A stretch of DNA of 55,790 nucleotides, counting the filler, from Platydemus manokwari (lineage: Eukaryota), in the NCBI GenBank assembly GCA_037951405.1. It is 4 parts of 4 records of this genome, joined end to end, with 100 filler letters (N's around TTAATTAATTAA, not from the genome) between each part and the next. Parts side by side here need not be neighbours in the genome. Positions count along the whole stretch, not along the records: positions 1 to 11,976 come from JBBMOY010366668.1; 3 more parts are not named here. One strand, written 5' to 3'. Position numbers and translations under genes: made by a program. Shown here in pieces: positions 1 through 12,076 of the stretch (within the stretch, counting starts at the first letter, position 1; each line of letters begins with the position of its first letter). The notes under the pieces were generated by a model. That model was not told where the DNA came from and did not search any database. It saw only the letters and a list, made by a program, of their open reading frames with translations.

Positions 1-83
1 TGAATTCTTAAACTCAAGTTTGCCTAATTTCAAAATATAAACCACGTATTGCTATAAATAAATTTGTTTAAATAATTGGCATT

Positions 84-583
84 ATGGATGTATGCTCTTA
101 ATATTTTTATAATACTTATTTAATTATTTTTATTAGAACCAATTTTTATATAACAAATTTGTCACCATTGACAAAAATGATGAGCCCCTTTTGTATCAAA
201 AAAGCCGTAAAAAAATCAAATTGTCTTCTGAATACCATAAAAACAAGATTTTCGAGGAAAAAGTACGCGCTGTCGAAGAAACTGATAAGAGTGCGGCTGC
301 TGACATGAAAATGGATCGTATTTGGCAATCGACAATGGCACGAATTAGAGGTGAAAAGGTTAAAGACAATAATAAGTTGATTGAGAAAACTTTTAAACGG
401 AAACAATCATTAAAGAAACAACAATCCAAAAAATGGAGTGAACGAATCAAAATTCAAGAAAAGTTTCAGAAGAAAAAAGACGATAAACGTAAAGCTAATA
501 TCGCGAAACGCAGAGAAATAAAGCAGTCTAATAAAATTAAAAAATTAAGAAAGAAAGGTCGTATAATATCAGGATTGAATTAA
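84..583 (+). CDS. SURF6: Surfeit locus protein 6 (SURF6/Rrp14 family nucleolar protein), ~150 aa; inferred exons 84-89 and 137-583
   Basis: The translation has the SURF6 signature WQSTMARIRGEKVKDNNKLIEKTFKRK..KKWSER..KRKANIAKRR..KKLRKKGRIISG. The frame stays open back to a tattag acceptor at 136 (NQFLYNKF...). ATG GAT|gtatgc at 84-95 gives a phase-0 47-nt intron (90-136). The start exon is inferred. Confidence 0.9.
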
Positions 584-2083
584 TAAATGTAGATCGATTC
601 TATATTTGTATTATCAGCTAATTTATCGTTGCATTCATTTTCTAAATTTTTTATTTTTGATTTATGTAAAGCTAATTTTATATAAAAGTTGTAATTTGTA
701 AACATTTTTGAGATAATTTGAACGGTTTGGGTTTAAAAATTGATCGTAAGATGGCTCCGCATATTTAAGTGGCAAGTTACATCCAATGTTATTTGTGTTG
801 AGATTGATGCAACTTTCGAGATTTTGAAAATCGATAATAAAATTCCGTTATTTATAATGTTTTGCAGAATATTTGCTATGTTTAATTTGTGGTATCAGAA
901 AAAATCAGTTACCTTTTTGTTCTGAGTGTTATGAATTTAGAGATTCTGATAAAACTAGCTAATTGAAAAACCCGTCTTAATGTTAAGTTTAATTTCATCT
1001 CCATTGTGTAATGATGATCTTCAATAATGTGTGTTTCATAAAATTTTTCACTCGTCTCTAAAAAATTTTCGTATTGAACCGTTGACATTAGAAATGCATG
1101 AATTTAAACCATTTATATCTGTGAATAATCACTAATATTAACATGTTTCACAGTTAATTTTTATTAAAAAATTTTATTTGATCTTCATGACTATTTTTAC
1201 TTCATTTTATTAAAATTTCTCAAAATATCAAAAGCAAATTATCCTTATCCCGTTGAGCAATCAGTCAAGAAGTGTCTATTCAAGCTTGTTAAATTTATTT
1301 ATGTAAAAATCCCGAAGTGCCAATCAAAATACAAAGCCAAGAGATAAACTATAACGAATTTTCCACAAATGATTCTGGATATCAGTGAGGTTGTTAAGAC
1401 TTGATTCTGTTCATCATTAAAATATTTTGAATAACTTGATGTTAGTAGTCGGTTTATGGAAATCAAGATCGCCTATAATTTAATGACTTATTAGTACTCA
1501 ATAATTCTCAACACATAAATATTGCCCTCACTATCAATATTCAATAAAATTGCAATTATTTAATAAATTTAAATCGTGATTCCTGTTATCCATCAATGAT
1601 AAACTCTATTTCAATATTTTTTACTGAATGAAAATTAGCAAATTTATATCTTACTATCAATTCTATACAGGCAACCATTATCACGTTGGTATCTCTCTGT
1701 GTGTGTGTTGTTATATTTCACGAAAATCTAAGACAAATTCCAATAATTCGAAAAACGAAAACACAAACCAAACTGACAAAAATCAACTGATTCCAATACA
1801 CATTATATAAATTGGCGTATTTCATTAAAATAGTAATTTTATCAGGCATTCAAAAATTCGCTTTGCACCGAACCAATGAGAGAAAGTTTCTGATTTTGGC
1901 AATTTATTCTGTGCTTGCATTCATTGATGATAAAAATTAAATTTGATTAATAATCTCTTGGAGAAATTTGCAACAAATTTTTATCCATGTACGTGTAATG
2001 CAGTATGTATTTATTTTGTATACACATACAGAATTGATAATATCAAATAAATGATCGTGCAATCAATCCGATAGATCAATCAT

Positions 2084-2464
2084 ATGTCATTTTTTATTAA
2101 ATATTACGCCAACATCACGAATTTCAAATTCGAAAATCAAACGATTTCACCAGTTTCTGATTTGTCAGGATTAGGTCTGATCTATGTGACATTGTTTCTC
2201 GTGGTTTTCTTTTTGGGATTAATATGCTTTTTGTTATTTGGAATTATCTATCTGTCTATGAGAGCCAAAAATCAATGGAAACTCATCGAATCGCAACCAT
2301 TGGTACAATTGCGATCAAATCCTCGCAAATCCGAAAACCATCGATCACTTGTCCTAACACATTTCAGTCGAAACCAACAAATCAACTCAGATGACTGTTC
2401 CGATATGAATGAATCCAGCCAGAAACGCAATTCTATCGTTCCGTTTGGACTTTTAGACAAGTGA
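2084..2464 (+). CDS. Uncharacterised small single-pass membrane protein (126 aa)
   Basis: ATG-started ORF, more GC-rich than its flanks. One long hydrophobic segment (LGLIYVTLFLVVFFLGLICFLLFGIIYL) is followed by basic residues. N-glycosylation sequons NIT and NQT precede it. AATAAA at 2521. No homologue recognised. Confidence 0.6.
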   Translation: MSFFIKYYANITNFKFENQTISPVSDLSGLGLIYVTLFLVVFFLGLICFLLFGIIYLSMRAKNQWKLIESQPLVQLRSNPRKSENHRSLVLTHFSRNQQINSDDCSDMNESSQKRNSIVPFGLLDK

Positions 2465-2640
2465 TGAAATGTTTTTTCCATTTTTATTAAATTTTCCTAT
2501 TAAATATTTTCATTTTTTTTAATAAAAAGATTATGTGATTCATTTTCTTCGTTTTTTTTAATAAAATATGTAAGTTCTGTTAATCCATTCATCTATTCGA
2601 TAAATTTAATATTGATTATGCTGTCGTTTTTTATTTTCTG

Positions 2641-2688
<48 letters not shown>
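2641..2688. repeat. (AAT)n microsatellite, ~16 units
   Basis: Perfect ATA/AAT run seen directly. Confidence 0.98.
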
Positions 2689-2689
<1 letters not shown>

Positions 2690-4673
2690 CATATAAAAAG
2701 AATCAATAATATGCAACAAAGATGAAATATGGTGGAAATATAATAAAAATATAATGATTTTATAAAAAATTACAACGTGAGGACTGTTATTAAAAGTCAT
2801 AAATGTTGGATGCCCTGTTTAACATAAAGGAAATTAAGCAAAAAAACTGAGAGATAATGCAATTTTAGGTCAACTAATAGCAATAACGCAAACACATTAA
2901 TATGAAAATATCCAAGAAATATATAAAAATAATGTTGGAATTACTTGAATTAATCAACATAAAGTGGAGATGTAAAATAATACTTTCAGATACTAGAATA
3001 AACAGCAAAATACACTCAACTACCTGAGAAGTCAGTTTATGTAATTGCTTCTACCAGAGTCATGAATGTATTTTATTACATTTTTGTTGTTGCTTTCATT
3101 TATAGTAATGTGTGTTAGCATTTCTAACTCTTATTTATTCTGCTCTAATTTTGGTAACAAAAGTTACCATTTTTTTCTTTACAATGAATCCCGATCACTA
3201 GCTCATGGTGTCGTATTATTTATAAAGATCAAACATAATCTTGTTAAAATCTCGGTGAAAATCTTGTAAATTAATTGGATTGTTTTTTAATTATACATAA
3301 TAAATGTTCCTAAATAAAACGTTAAATATATTTTTTTTGTTATTTCTTCATTTCATTTCTAAATTCATAAATAACCAAAATAGAATTAATTTCACACTCT
3401 CATCATCCATAGAAAACAACTATTAGAAGTGTTTTGGAATTTTTTGGATATGCTAATTCAAATCTAAAAAGGAAACACTATTTTTCCAGTAAACGTTGAC
3501 TTGATATTCTAGTTTTAACCTTAATGTGGAATTTTTTTCTTATTTATCTGTGAGGAAAATGTCAAATTCGCCCACGCAAATCATTATTATGATACAATTT
3601 CAATGTTGTTTTGATATATTGCTAATAAATCCGTGCAGAAAATTTTTTCAAACAAAAATCAAGTTCAAACAATAGTGTATTGCGCTTGTTATCAAAATTT
3701 TCAAACTCAATTAACAAACTCAATATGTTCTAGTATTCAAAAATCACTAATGTTTATTTATAATTGATTTCAAAAGTTAATTTGTGATTGTCCACTCAAA
3801 TCATAATAATAAAATCAATACAACCAATTATTACAAGTTTTTAGATAAAAGTGGTGGATAATCCTGTATGAAATCAAAATACATTTATATCAGAAGTCTA
3901 AGGCTAAGAGGAGAGATAGTGAATCTGAATTAAATGATTTATGATTTAAATGTACTGATGAATCAATAACTAACTTATAGATTTGAGGTTATAACCGATA
4001 CCGATAAGCAACCATAATTATGAAACTTTTTGTTGAAATTATCAGGTGCTCAATCAGCATCCGCATAACATTTACATGGCTTATTGGTGGATAATCAATA
4101 TTTCGGTTTGTGTTTCGCTCAAATATCACCTTTATCGAAACATAAATTCTAACTTCGAGAGATGTTCTCGATGTTTACAATTATTTTATAAAAATAACCA
4201 ATGATATTATTAAACATGTCTGTAGTTAACTAACCTGATTTGTAATTATAAAAAATTAAATTTAAAAACTCACAATAATAATATAGAATTGTTGTGATTA
4301 GAATAGGAACTTGGTTTTAAAACTATGTTTTGTCACTATTAGACATCTTAAAAATGAGATATTAACTTTATTATACGAATAAATCGAACAAAGCAGGAAT
4401 AAACAAAATAAAGTTATAACATTATCTGATTCGCGAAAATTCTTTATATCGAAGGGAGGTCAATGGACCCTTTTTCTTAAATTAAGCCACTACTTATTAC
4501 TGTATTATTAACTGATTGTGATAAATCGTTGAGAATTCCTGACTTGAGAGTGATAAAATGAGCTCAATATGAATAAGATTCAACAAATAGTTTTACTTAT
4601 ATCTTTAATACAAAGTAATTATAAATATTATTAAACTAATAAAGCTTTCGTAACATTCAATTCAGTAAATTAC

Positions 4674-7600
4674 CTTTTTTGTCATTTGATTTTCCAACAT
4701 GAATTGAGTGACATGTTTTTCAGCTTTACTCAGTTCTAATTTTCTAGCAAATACGGCAACTAATAATGCAGTGCATGCTGAACCCTGGGAAGATAAAAAC
4801 AAATTAAAATACTGAATTTCAAAATCAATTATCAATTTTTATGTGTCGCACTTCTTCAGTGATTTTGTTTTAATATTTTGCAATAAACTATAACAGAAAA
4901 CTCCAGGTTTTGTCAAATTTAGTGTCAGTTGAAAATTGACACCGATTCGTATTAAAATAAATTATATACTTTAGCATACATTCGAGAAGACGTTTGCTCC
5001 AGATTGTAGTCGTAAATTGCATTTGTCCGTATTCAGAACGAGTAGAAATAATTGTGAATAAATTACCATATTTCTCAGCGTCAAACAACCCGAATCAATT
5101 TTCAAAGCAAATGTTTTGATTAAAAAAAAACAATCTGTTATTGCATTCATTTAATGGAGTTTTTTCAAAGATGGTAGAGTAGTTTACTTTCGAATTTACA
5201 TAAATCTCCTTTGCTATTGTCATGAAGTTTATGTAAGGAAACGCAGTACTTATTGATATTAATTTAAGAAAAAAACTATTTTATTAGTAATAATATTTTC
5301 AATAACGTAGCCAATAGAAGATGTGTATTACTCAACGATAGATCAATATTAACCTTAGCTTTTTATTCTATATGATTTCCTTGCTAGCTCCATACTGAGA
5401 TAATTATTTCATGGTCATTACTGTTACAACAGTTTACTTTCGTAGAATGCACTCAGTTACAAATAATACTTATAAATAATGTGTGTGTGCACGTGTGCGT
5501 AACTATTATTTTGCTTGTGTTCAGGTTGAATGAGTATTTTTACTCAGATCTATATAGTCTGTCAAAGATGCAAACCACTTGGCGTTGATTGGTATTGTGC
5601 GTCGAATTTAAATTTAAATTCTAATTTGAGGTAGTTATTACCAAATTGCCATTGTTTGAATTACGTTTTCCGTACTTATCGCTTCATTTTATTACAAAGA
5701 AAACATTTTTTTACATGTTGTAAATTTCCGGTTAAACAGGCCATTTTTGTTCGTTTACAATTTTGACCTTAGAAGTTAATTTTTTAAGCCAATCTTAAAT
5801 AATCTATGAGTTTTTAATTATCTATCATTGATACGATCTCAATAAACATAACTGTTACCGTCGTTGAATAAGTGTTGTACTGAAGTTAATTAATTTAAAT
5901 TCAAATCCAATCCACAAAAGGTCAGATTTGCTAAACCTATTTACGAAATGCATTAATATTTATAAAATTATTTATTTCCACGGGGAAAGTTGTTCATTTT
6001 TAAACTCGAATTAAAATAAAAGGAAATTACTTGTAAAATTTTATCATAAATTATTCAGAAAAAATAATTTTTATTCTAATTAAATGTTTTTTTATTGTAA
6101 ATTAGAAACTCACCGACAATGTTTATTCTAAGTTAGAATTTATAAGTGACGATTTAAATGGCTAGTCTATCGATGAATCGGCTTTGTTGTGCTTTCTATT
6201 GATTACTATCGGATAAGATTTCGAATCTACCACTTAATAATAAGAAACTTCGTCCACATTATTAACTTCGAATCCTGCATACTATTGGGATGTGCGAACT
6301 CGTTGTAGTGAAAATTAAATTTTATATCAGGATATTCCTCATAAAGTTAATTATCCAAGAATTAGACAGAATAACAATAAAACAAATAATCAATACCTAA
6401 CCATTGATCATACTACTTTTAACGATCAGAAGCAATTTTATCGTAATTTTAATAGTTTCTTTTAATTGTTATTGTCATAAATAATTGAGGACACAATCGA
6501 TTATTTTCATCAATGCATTCTTAAGAAAAAATTAATCGTTTCTCACAAATTCCAGTTTAGTGAATAAAAGAAATCCAAAATTTATTTTTCAACAACGCCA
6601 GAATGTAGGCAATAAATGGAATAGAGTTAAAATGAAAATTGCTGTCAAACTTTTGATTTTTTATCTTTAGAAGCTAAAATATTGGAAAATAGTATATGAT
6701 GACCGAAACCATTATAGTCACAACAAAACAGTATATGAACAAGCTTGTCTCTCAGTTGATTTTAATCCATAGATTCTGTAAATCATACGGTGGATTCTAA
6801 AACACGACAAATTTACTTAACTACATTATCAGTCTCTGTTGTATGTTATGGTTGTGTTCTGGTCCTATATCATGTACAGCTTCTAATAAATAGTTTTACT
6901 TTATGCTCAGTATTTATGATTTATTTCAAGAGATTTCCCAACTATTATTTAGAAGTTAAAAAAATTAAATGGATGACTTTGTTGAATTATTTTCAACTGG
7001 CACTACCCCTCCCATTATGTATGTAGTACCTTATAATATAAGTACATACTGTTTATATAATAATAAAATGTTATTTGTGATTTCTCTCAATATCATGATC
7101 AATCTCTTAAATAAAACCCATAAAATAGTTATCAAATGGTTTAAAGATAATTGATCAATCCAGACAGTCGACCATACCACACTGAGAGATCAAAATTCTC
7201 TTCATTAATACAATTCCAAAGAATATAATTTGCTATTAAAAGAGCAAGAAATGATGGAAATTATCGATTAGCAATTTATAAATCTGAAAATCATTCGATT
7301 GGATAAGCACCGAAACAGGTAAACATAGCTCAGTAGTTGTTCTCATTTCCAAGGCGTAATATCACTCGATACAAAATAAATTACGTATTGTGAATTTCCT
7401 TTCATTCGAATATATTTATTATGAATATTAAAATTATTTACCATAACTCCAGCACTGATAGCAATACCTCTTCCGCAATTTGTATGAGGTACAATATCAC
7501 CATAACCAATGCTTAGAAAAGTAACAGCAATAAGCCACATACAATTCAACATATTAGCATGTTTTGGTGATTCTGTATTTCTAGAAAATGTTTGGTTATA

Positions 7601-7944
7601 TTTCAATAAATAACTTGATAAGAATTCATACATTTCACACATTCTCATTGTCCAACTCAACAATATCCAAAGTGATAGTATAAATGTCAATAGAACAGTT
7701 CCGGGACACATTGTCATTAATGTCTTGAGAATGAACCTGGTATCAAAACTGACTTTGTTCATAGCTCCAATACTTCTTGAACCAGCATCCCGAAACATTC
7801 GTGAATGCAATAAAAGTGAACGAAAAATCATATAAAATCTGAATAACATTGGCACTGCTAGTATTGGCTCAATCATACTTTCCAGACGATCATCACCTTT
7901 CTTGAAAGTGGAGGACACGAAATAGTGCGATATATTGAAATTCC
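4674..7944 (-). CDS. KCNN: Small-conductance Ca2+-activated K+ channel (SK/KCa2 family), partial: exons 7944-7632, 7580-7442, 4784-4674 (S4-S6, pore, start of CaM-binding region)
   Basis: SK-specific motifs [37 protein letters not shown], pore [12 protein letters not shown] and [41 protein letters not shown] introns 7581-7631 (51 nt) and 4785-7441 have matching phases. N-terminal and C-terminal exons were not found in the window. Confidence 0.95.
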
Positions 7945-8061
7945 CTAAATGAAAATCAATATTAAAATTAATTAGCTGAACATTGTTGTATTTATTTCAT
8001 ATATTGTTTGGAAAAATTGCTTTTTTCCAAAAATTCATCGCAAACATATCATTATCGTAGA

Positions 8062-8272
8062 CAATAATAATAATGATAATAATAATCAAAAATTATAATA
8101 ATGATGATGATAATCAATCATACTAATAATAATCAATAAAAATAATCAATAAAATAATAATAATCAACAATATTAATCAATAAAAGTAATAATAATCAAT
8201 AAAAATAATAATCAATAAAAATAATAATCAATAAAAATAATAATCAATAATGATAATAACTAATAATAATAA
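8062..8272. repeat. Degenerate AAT-derived microsatellite with a higher-order unit (~AATAATCAATAAAAAT)
   Basis: Repeated aataatcaataaaaataat units seen directly, inside the SK intron upstream of exon 7944. Confidence 0.9.
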
Positions 8273-11200
8273 TGTGTCATGACAAATTATTTAACTTAGT
8301 ATTGATGTTTAAAAATAGAAAATAAAGTGGATTTAAGTTGAGTCGACACAGTTGGATAATTTCTGTTTTTTGAAAATTTAAATTTCGAGAAATTTTGTAA
8401 ACAAATATAATCCTTTGAAGTCGGTGGCATAGATTTTGTACTGTTTTAAATCGGATAATAAACTTCAATGCCACGATATTTTTTTAAGTTTATATGTAAG
8501 ATTAATACGCTTTCTCAATAATAAAAAAATAAGTTTTTGCTTAATTTTATTCATAAACAACTTAATCTTGATTGTGTTGATAGATAAATATCCTTTTAAA
8601 ACAAAAAAAATCGAGATAAATTGCTCAATTATAAATCGTTAAGTATTTTATCTGTAATCACTTATGTTGACATAAATTGCAAAACAAGTAAAGAAGTTGT
8701 GACATGAAGACATTATGTCTTCGATTTCTTAGTTAACGATTTTAATTTGAGCGGAATCTTTGATTATTTGAAAGATACGACATTCAAAAACGTAGGTAAT
8801 GGAAAAGTCATTTTGTTCGTCGCCAATAAAGCTCTGTTGACAGCTTATATTTTATAAAGTAATATTATGATCCTGAATAACAAAATGACTACAAATTGAC
8901 CACATTATGATTTAATCGAATTCATTATTTAGCAAATCAAATTAATGGCTTCAGGCTTGATTCAAATATAACTGTAGCAATAACATTAGCTTTGTAAACC
9001 ATGCGATAAGGAAAATGCTTGCAGTTTATAACTAACGTGAGACTTCATATTTGATTTAATGCAAGATAACACTATACAAAAATTATTACAATGTTGTTTC
9101 CTTGGAGGTATTAGAGTGGAAAATATATGAAGTTAATATACAGTTCATTTAACTTGAACTGTAAAAAATTTCCCATCAATAAGAGTACGTTTTCTTTGAG
9201 CAAAATATAAAACTGTGGAAAAATGTCTGAAAAAATTTCTTAATTTTTACTGTACGTTTATTTTTATTATAATATGGATTAAGAATATAAATATATAGAA
9301 GTTTAACTAAGGATAATTTATCCTTTACAAAGTCTCTAGACCGACAAAAATTCAATGAACCGTGAAACAAAACTTTTTAAGAAAAATTATCTTTCTACAT
9401 GAATGAATTTTTTTCTTTAAACATTTATATTATCAACCTATCTATTAAAAGATAGATCTTAAAATATACTGGAAACTAATTCGATTAATTCATTTTCAAC
9501 TTATTAATTGGTTTGAATAAAAACACTGCTATGTACCAGCCCAATAATTCAAGCTAATAGACTTATCTATATGATTAATGACAACTATCAAGACTCCAAA
9601 TCGAAAACGAAAAATAACGCTCAGAAAAATATCTCAAAGAAAAAGGCATATATATATAAATACATCGATCAGTATTCAGTATCGATTTTTAGAATTTTTG
9701 ATTTGGTTTCAAGCATGACGAATGGGAATTTCCATATTTTCTTCTTTAATTTTAAAAAAAACCGTTGTTAATTTTGAGATAAGATCTCATTTCTTTCAAT
9801 AACTTATCAGCTACAATCTGTTAATGCTTAGCATGAGCTCGGCTTTGATTAGCTTATTGAATAATGGGAATTCGTTGCAACGAGATCACTTGAAAAGTAA
9901 ATACAAAATGCCTGGTAGACATTTTCCGTTAAAATTTCCACGATAAATGAATTCGTTAATGTGAATAGGTAGCTTTGAGATTTTGATAAAAGACGTTTCA
10001 TCGTTGAGCAGAATTAATGTCGTTTGCATTTTAAACGATGACGTCGCATGATTGGTAGCACATTCGCTGGTTGGACACACACATTCAATGTGTGTGTGTG
10101 ATTCCCATTGAAGGCAATGATGCGTTGTAATAGCAATTCATTCCAGGAAATTACCATGAGTGTTCAAGCAAGTCTGAATGAAACGTGTCATGGCTTGATT
10201 AACAAACAAAATTGAGTGTACTAAATATGGATACCAACAATTACCATTGAGATATGGAGGAATCATGAAAAATTTTATCAGAAAATTTAATATTCCAAGA
10301 AACAAATAATGTAAAAATAAAATGTCTTATAGAATATTACCAATTCATCGCGTCGCTTTGTTCGTTCTGTGAATTTATTTCGAATTGTTCGGCTTCGATT
10401 TCTTAAAAAAATTCACCAGGAAAGAAACCTTCGAAAATTCTAATAGAAGTAGACAGCTTATCTTATCACAACAAGCCATTAATATTTGTTTGAGAAAAAT
10501 AAATGAATTCAATTGAAGTGATATGGGTATTATACAGTTATTAATATCAGCTTTATTACCTACACAACAATATAGTTATCAAAACCATTATGATTATTTT
10601 CTTAATTGACGTTGATTTGATGAAAGATGCTGATGGATACGATTTTACAAAATGATGTAAAGAACATTAAGTATGTTGATAAGACACTTATAATATCATC
10701 ACTAATTGACAATAAACTATGGCTGAGGAAGAATAAGTGTGAATATTTCTCTATGACAATACATTTGTCGATATAAAATATGCATACATGGCATTAAATA
10801 ATAATCGTATAGAATTTCTACTAGAGATTTATCGATATTTTGTTTAATAATTGTGTTCAAATGTTTTATTAACATTTTCATGCATCACTTTTTTTAGAAT
10901 TTGTCAGTGGTGTATTGCATACATAGAGACTGATAAAAAATAATAAGAAATCGATCGATGAAGAAAAGATGACTGATATGGTAATAAAATCCTTATTCAA
11001 ACCTTTATCAAAGCCGTTAAACTTATCTTCGTATAGATTTAATTAATCAAGGTTAACTTACTATATGGTGATCGAAAAGAACTCAACAGGCCGATAATGA
11101 GACGTGAATGGTAAGGAACGACATTATAATATTATTATATTAATATTATTTTACAAAAAATAATATGACGTCATAAACAACATAAGCGGTCATTAAATCT

Positions 11201-11976
11201 ATTGGTAGCTTTCATTATCATCTACGATATTAATTAAAACAACAAATAATTATGTATTCAATACTTTTAATATATTTATTTATTTATTGAAAACACATGA
11301 TTTTTGGATTATTTTAATGAAAAGAAAGGTTTTTAAAAAACAAGGTTCCTTTATTGCATGTTAACAGAAACAATGACTTTTGGATAAAAATCATAAAGGT
11401 TTCTTTCTGTTAATCGGTTTACGATTTCTTGAGGAAGTTAACAACAGTTATTCCAGCTTATGGTTCAGATTCGAAAATATAAAATATTAACAATATTTAA
11501 AAAATGTGATTGATTTTCTTGATTAATCTGTGGCTCACTTGGAAGGCAAATGAGATATTTCTCGATACAGTAAATTGGATTTCGATCGGAATTAATCGAT
11601 CTGTACAATAAAATATTCTTAGTAAAAATAATTATCACAAAATTGAAATTAATTCTGTTTAAATCCATGGACAACATAAATTTACAAAATATAAAAAAAT
11701 TTATCAAGTCCGACTAAAAATTTTGAATTCAAGTCATTGTTAGAGAACATAACTTGTCACTTCAATTATCTGCTAATAATGTAATGAATTGATAAAGTTG
11801 TCAGTGTCTGTCAATCATTGGTATTTGGAACTGATAGAAATGCCAATAACTGATGCGTAAAGTTAATTTTATGTTCGATTCTATCCATTCACAAACCAAT
11901 AATTGTATGTTGACGACTTCTTTGACCGAAAATCGTCATCAGTATTTTGAAGCTATTTTAAGAAATTACTGTCTAG

Positions 11977-12076
11977 NNNNNNNNNNNNNNNNNNNNNNNN
12001 NNNNNNNNNNNNNNNNNNNNTTAATTAATTAANNNNNNNNNNNNNNNNNNNNNNNNNNNNNNNNNNNNNNNNNNNN
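11977..12076. other. Artificial assembly spacer N44-TTAATTAATTAA-N44
   Basis: 100-nt block. The palindromic 12-mer puts stops in all six frames. Identical structure occurs at three sites. Confidence 0.98.

Noticed and set aside
146-450. Minus-strand ORFs 146-406 and 196-450
   Set aside because: Antisense shadows of the Lys-rich SURF6 exon.
2606-2800. Poly-Leu ORF
   Set aside because: Translation of the (AAT)n microsatellite.
7343-7441. ORF-track C-terminal tail of the SK ORF (VNNFNIH...PWK)
   Set aside because: Intron read-through. Homology resumes at exon 4784 after the ATG|gtaaat donor.
10075-10097. Perfect 11-bp-arm palindrome acacacacatt-c-aatgtgtgtgt
   Set aside because: Mostly a (CA)n/(TG)n juxtaposition with a 1-nt loop. 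No evidence of function.
12021-12032. Recurrent palindrome TTAATTAATTAA as a biological repeat or CRISPR-like unit (also 29277-29288, 45496-45507)
   Set aside because: It is always centred in exactly 44+44 Ns, so it is a synthetic six-frame-stop assembly linker.
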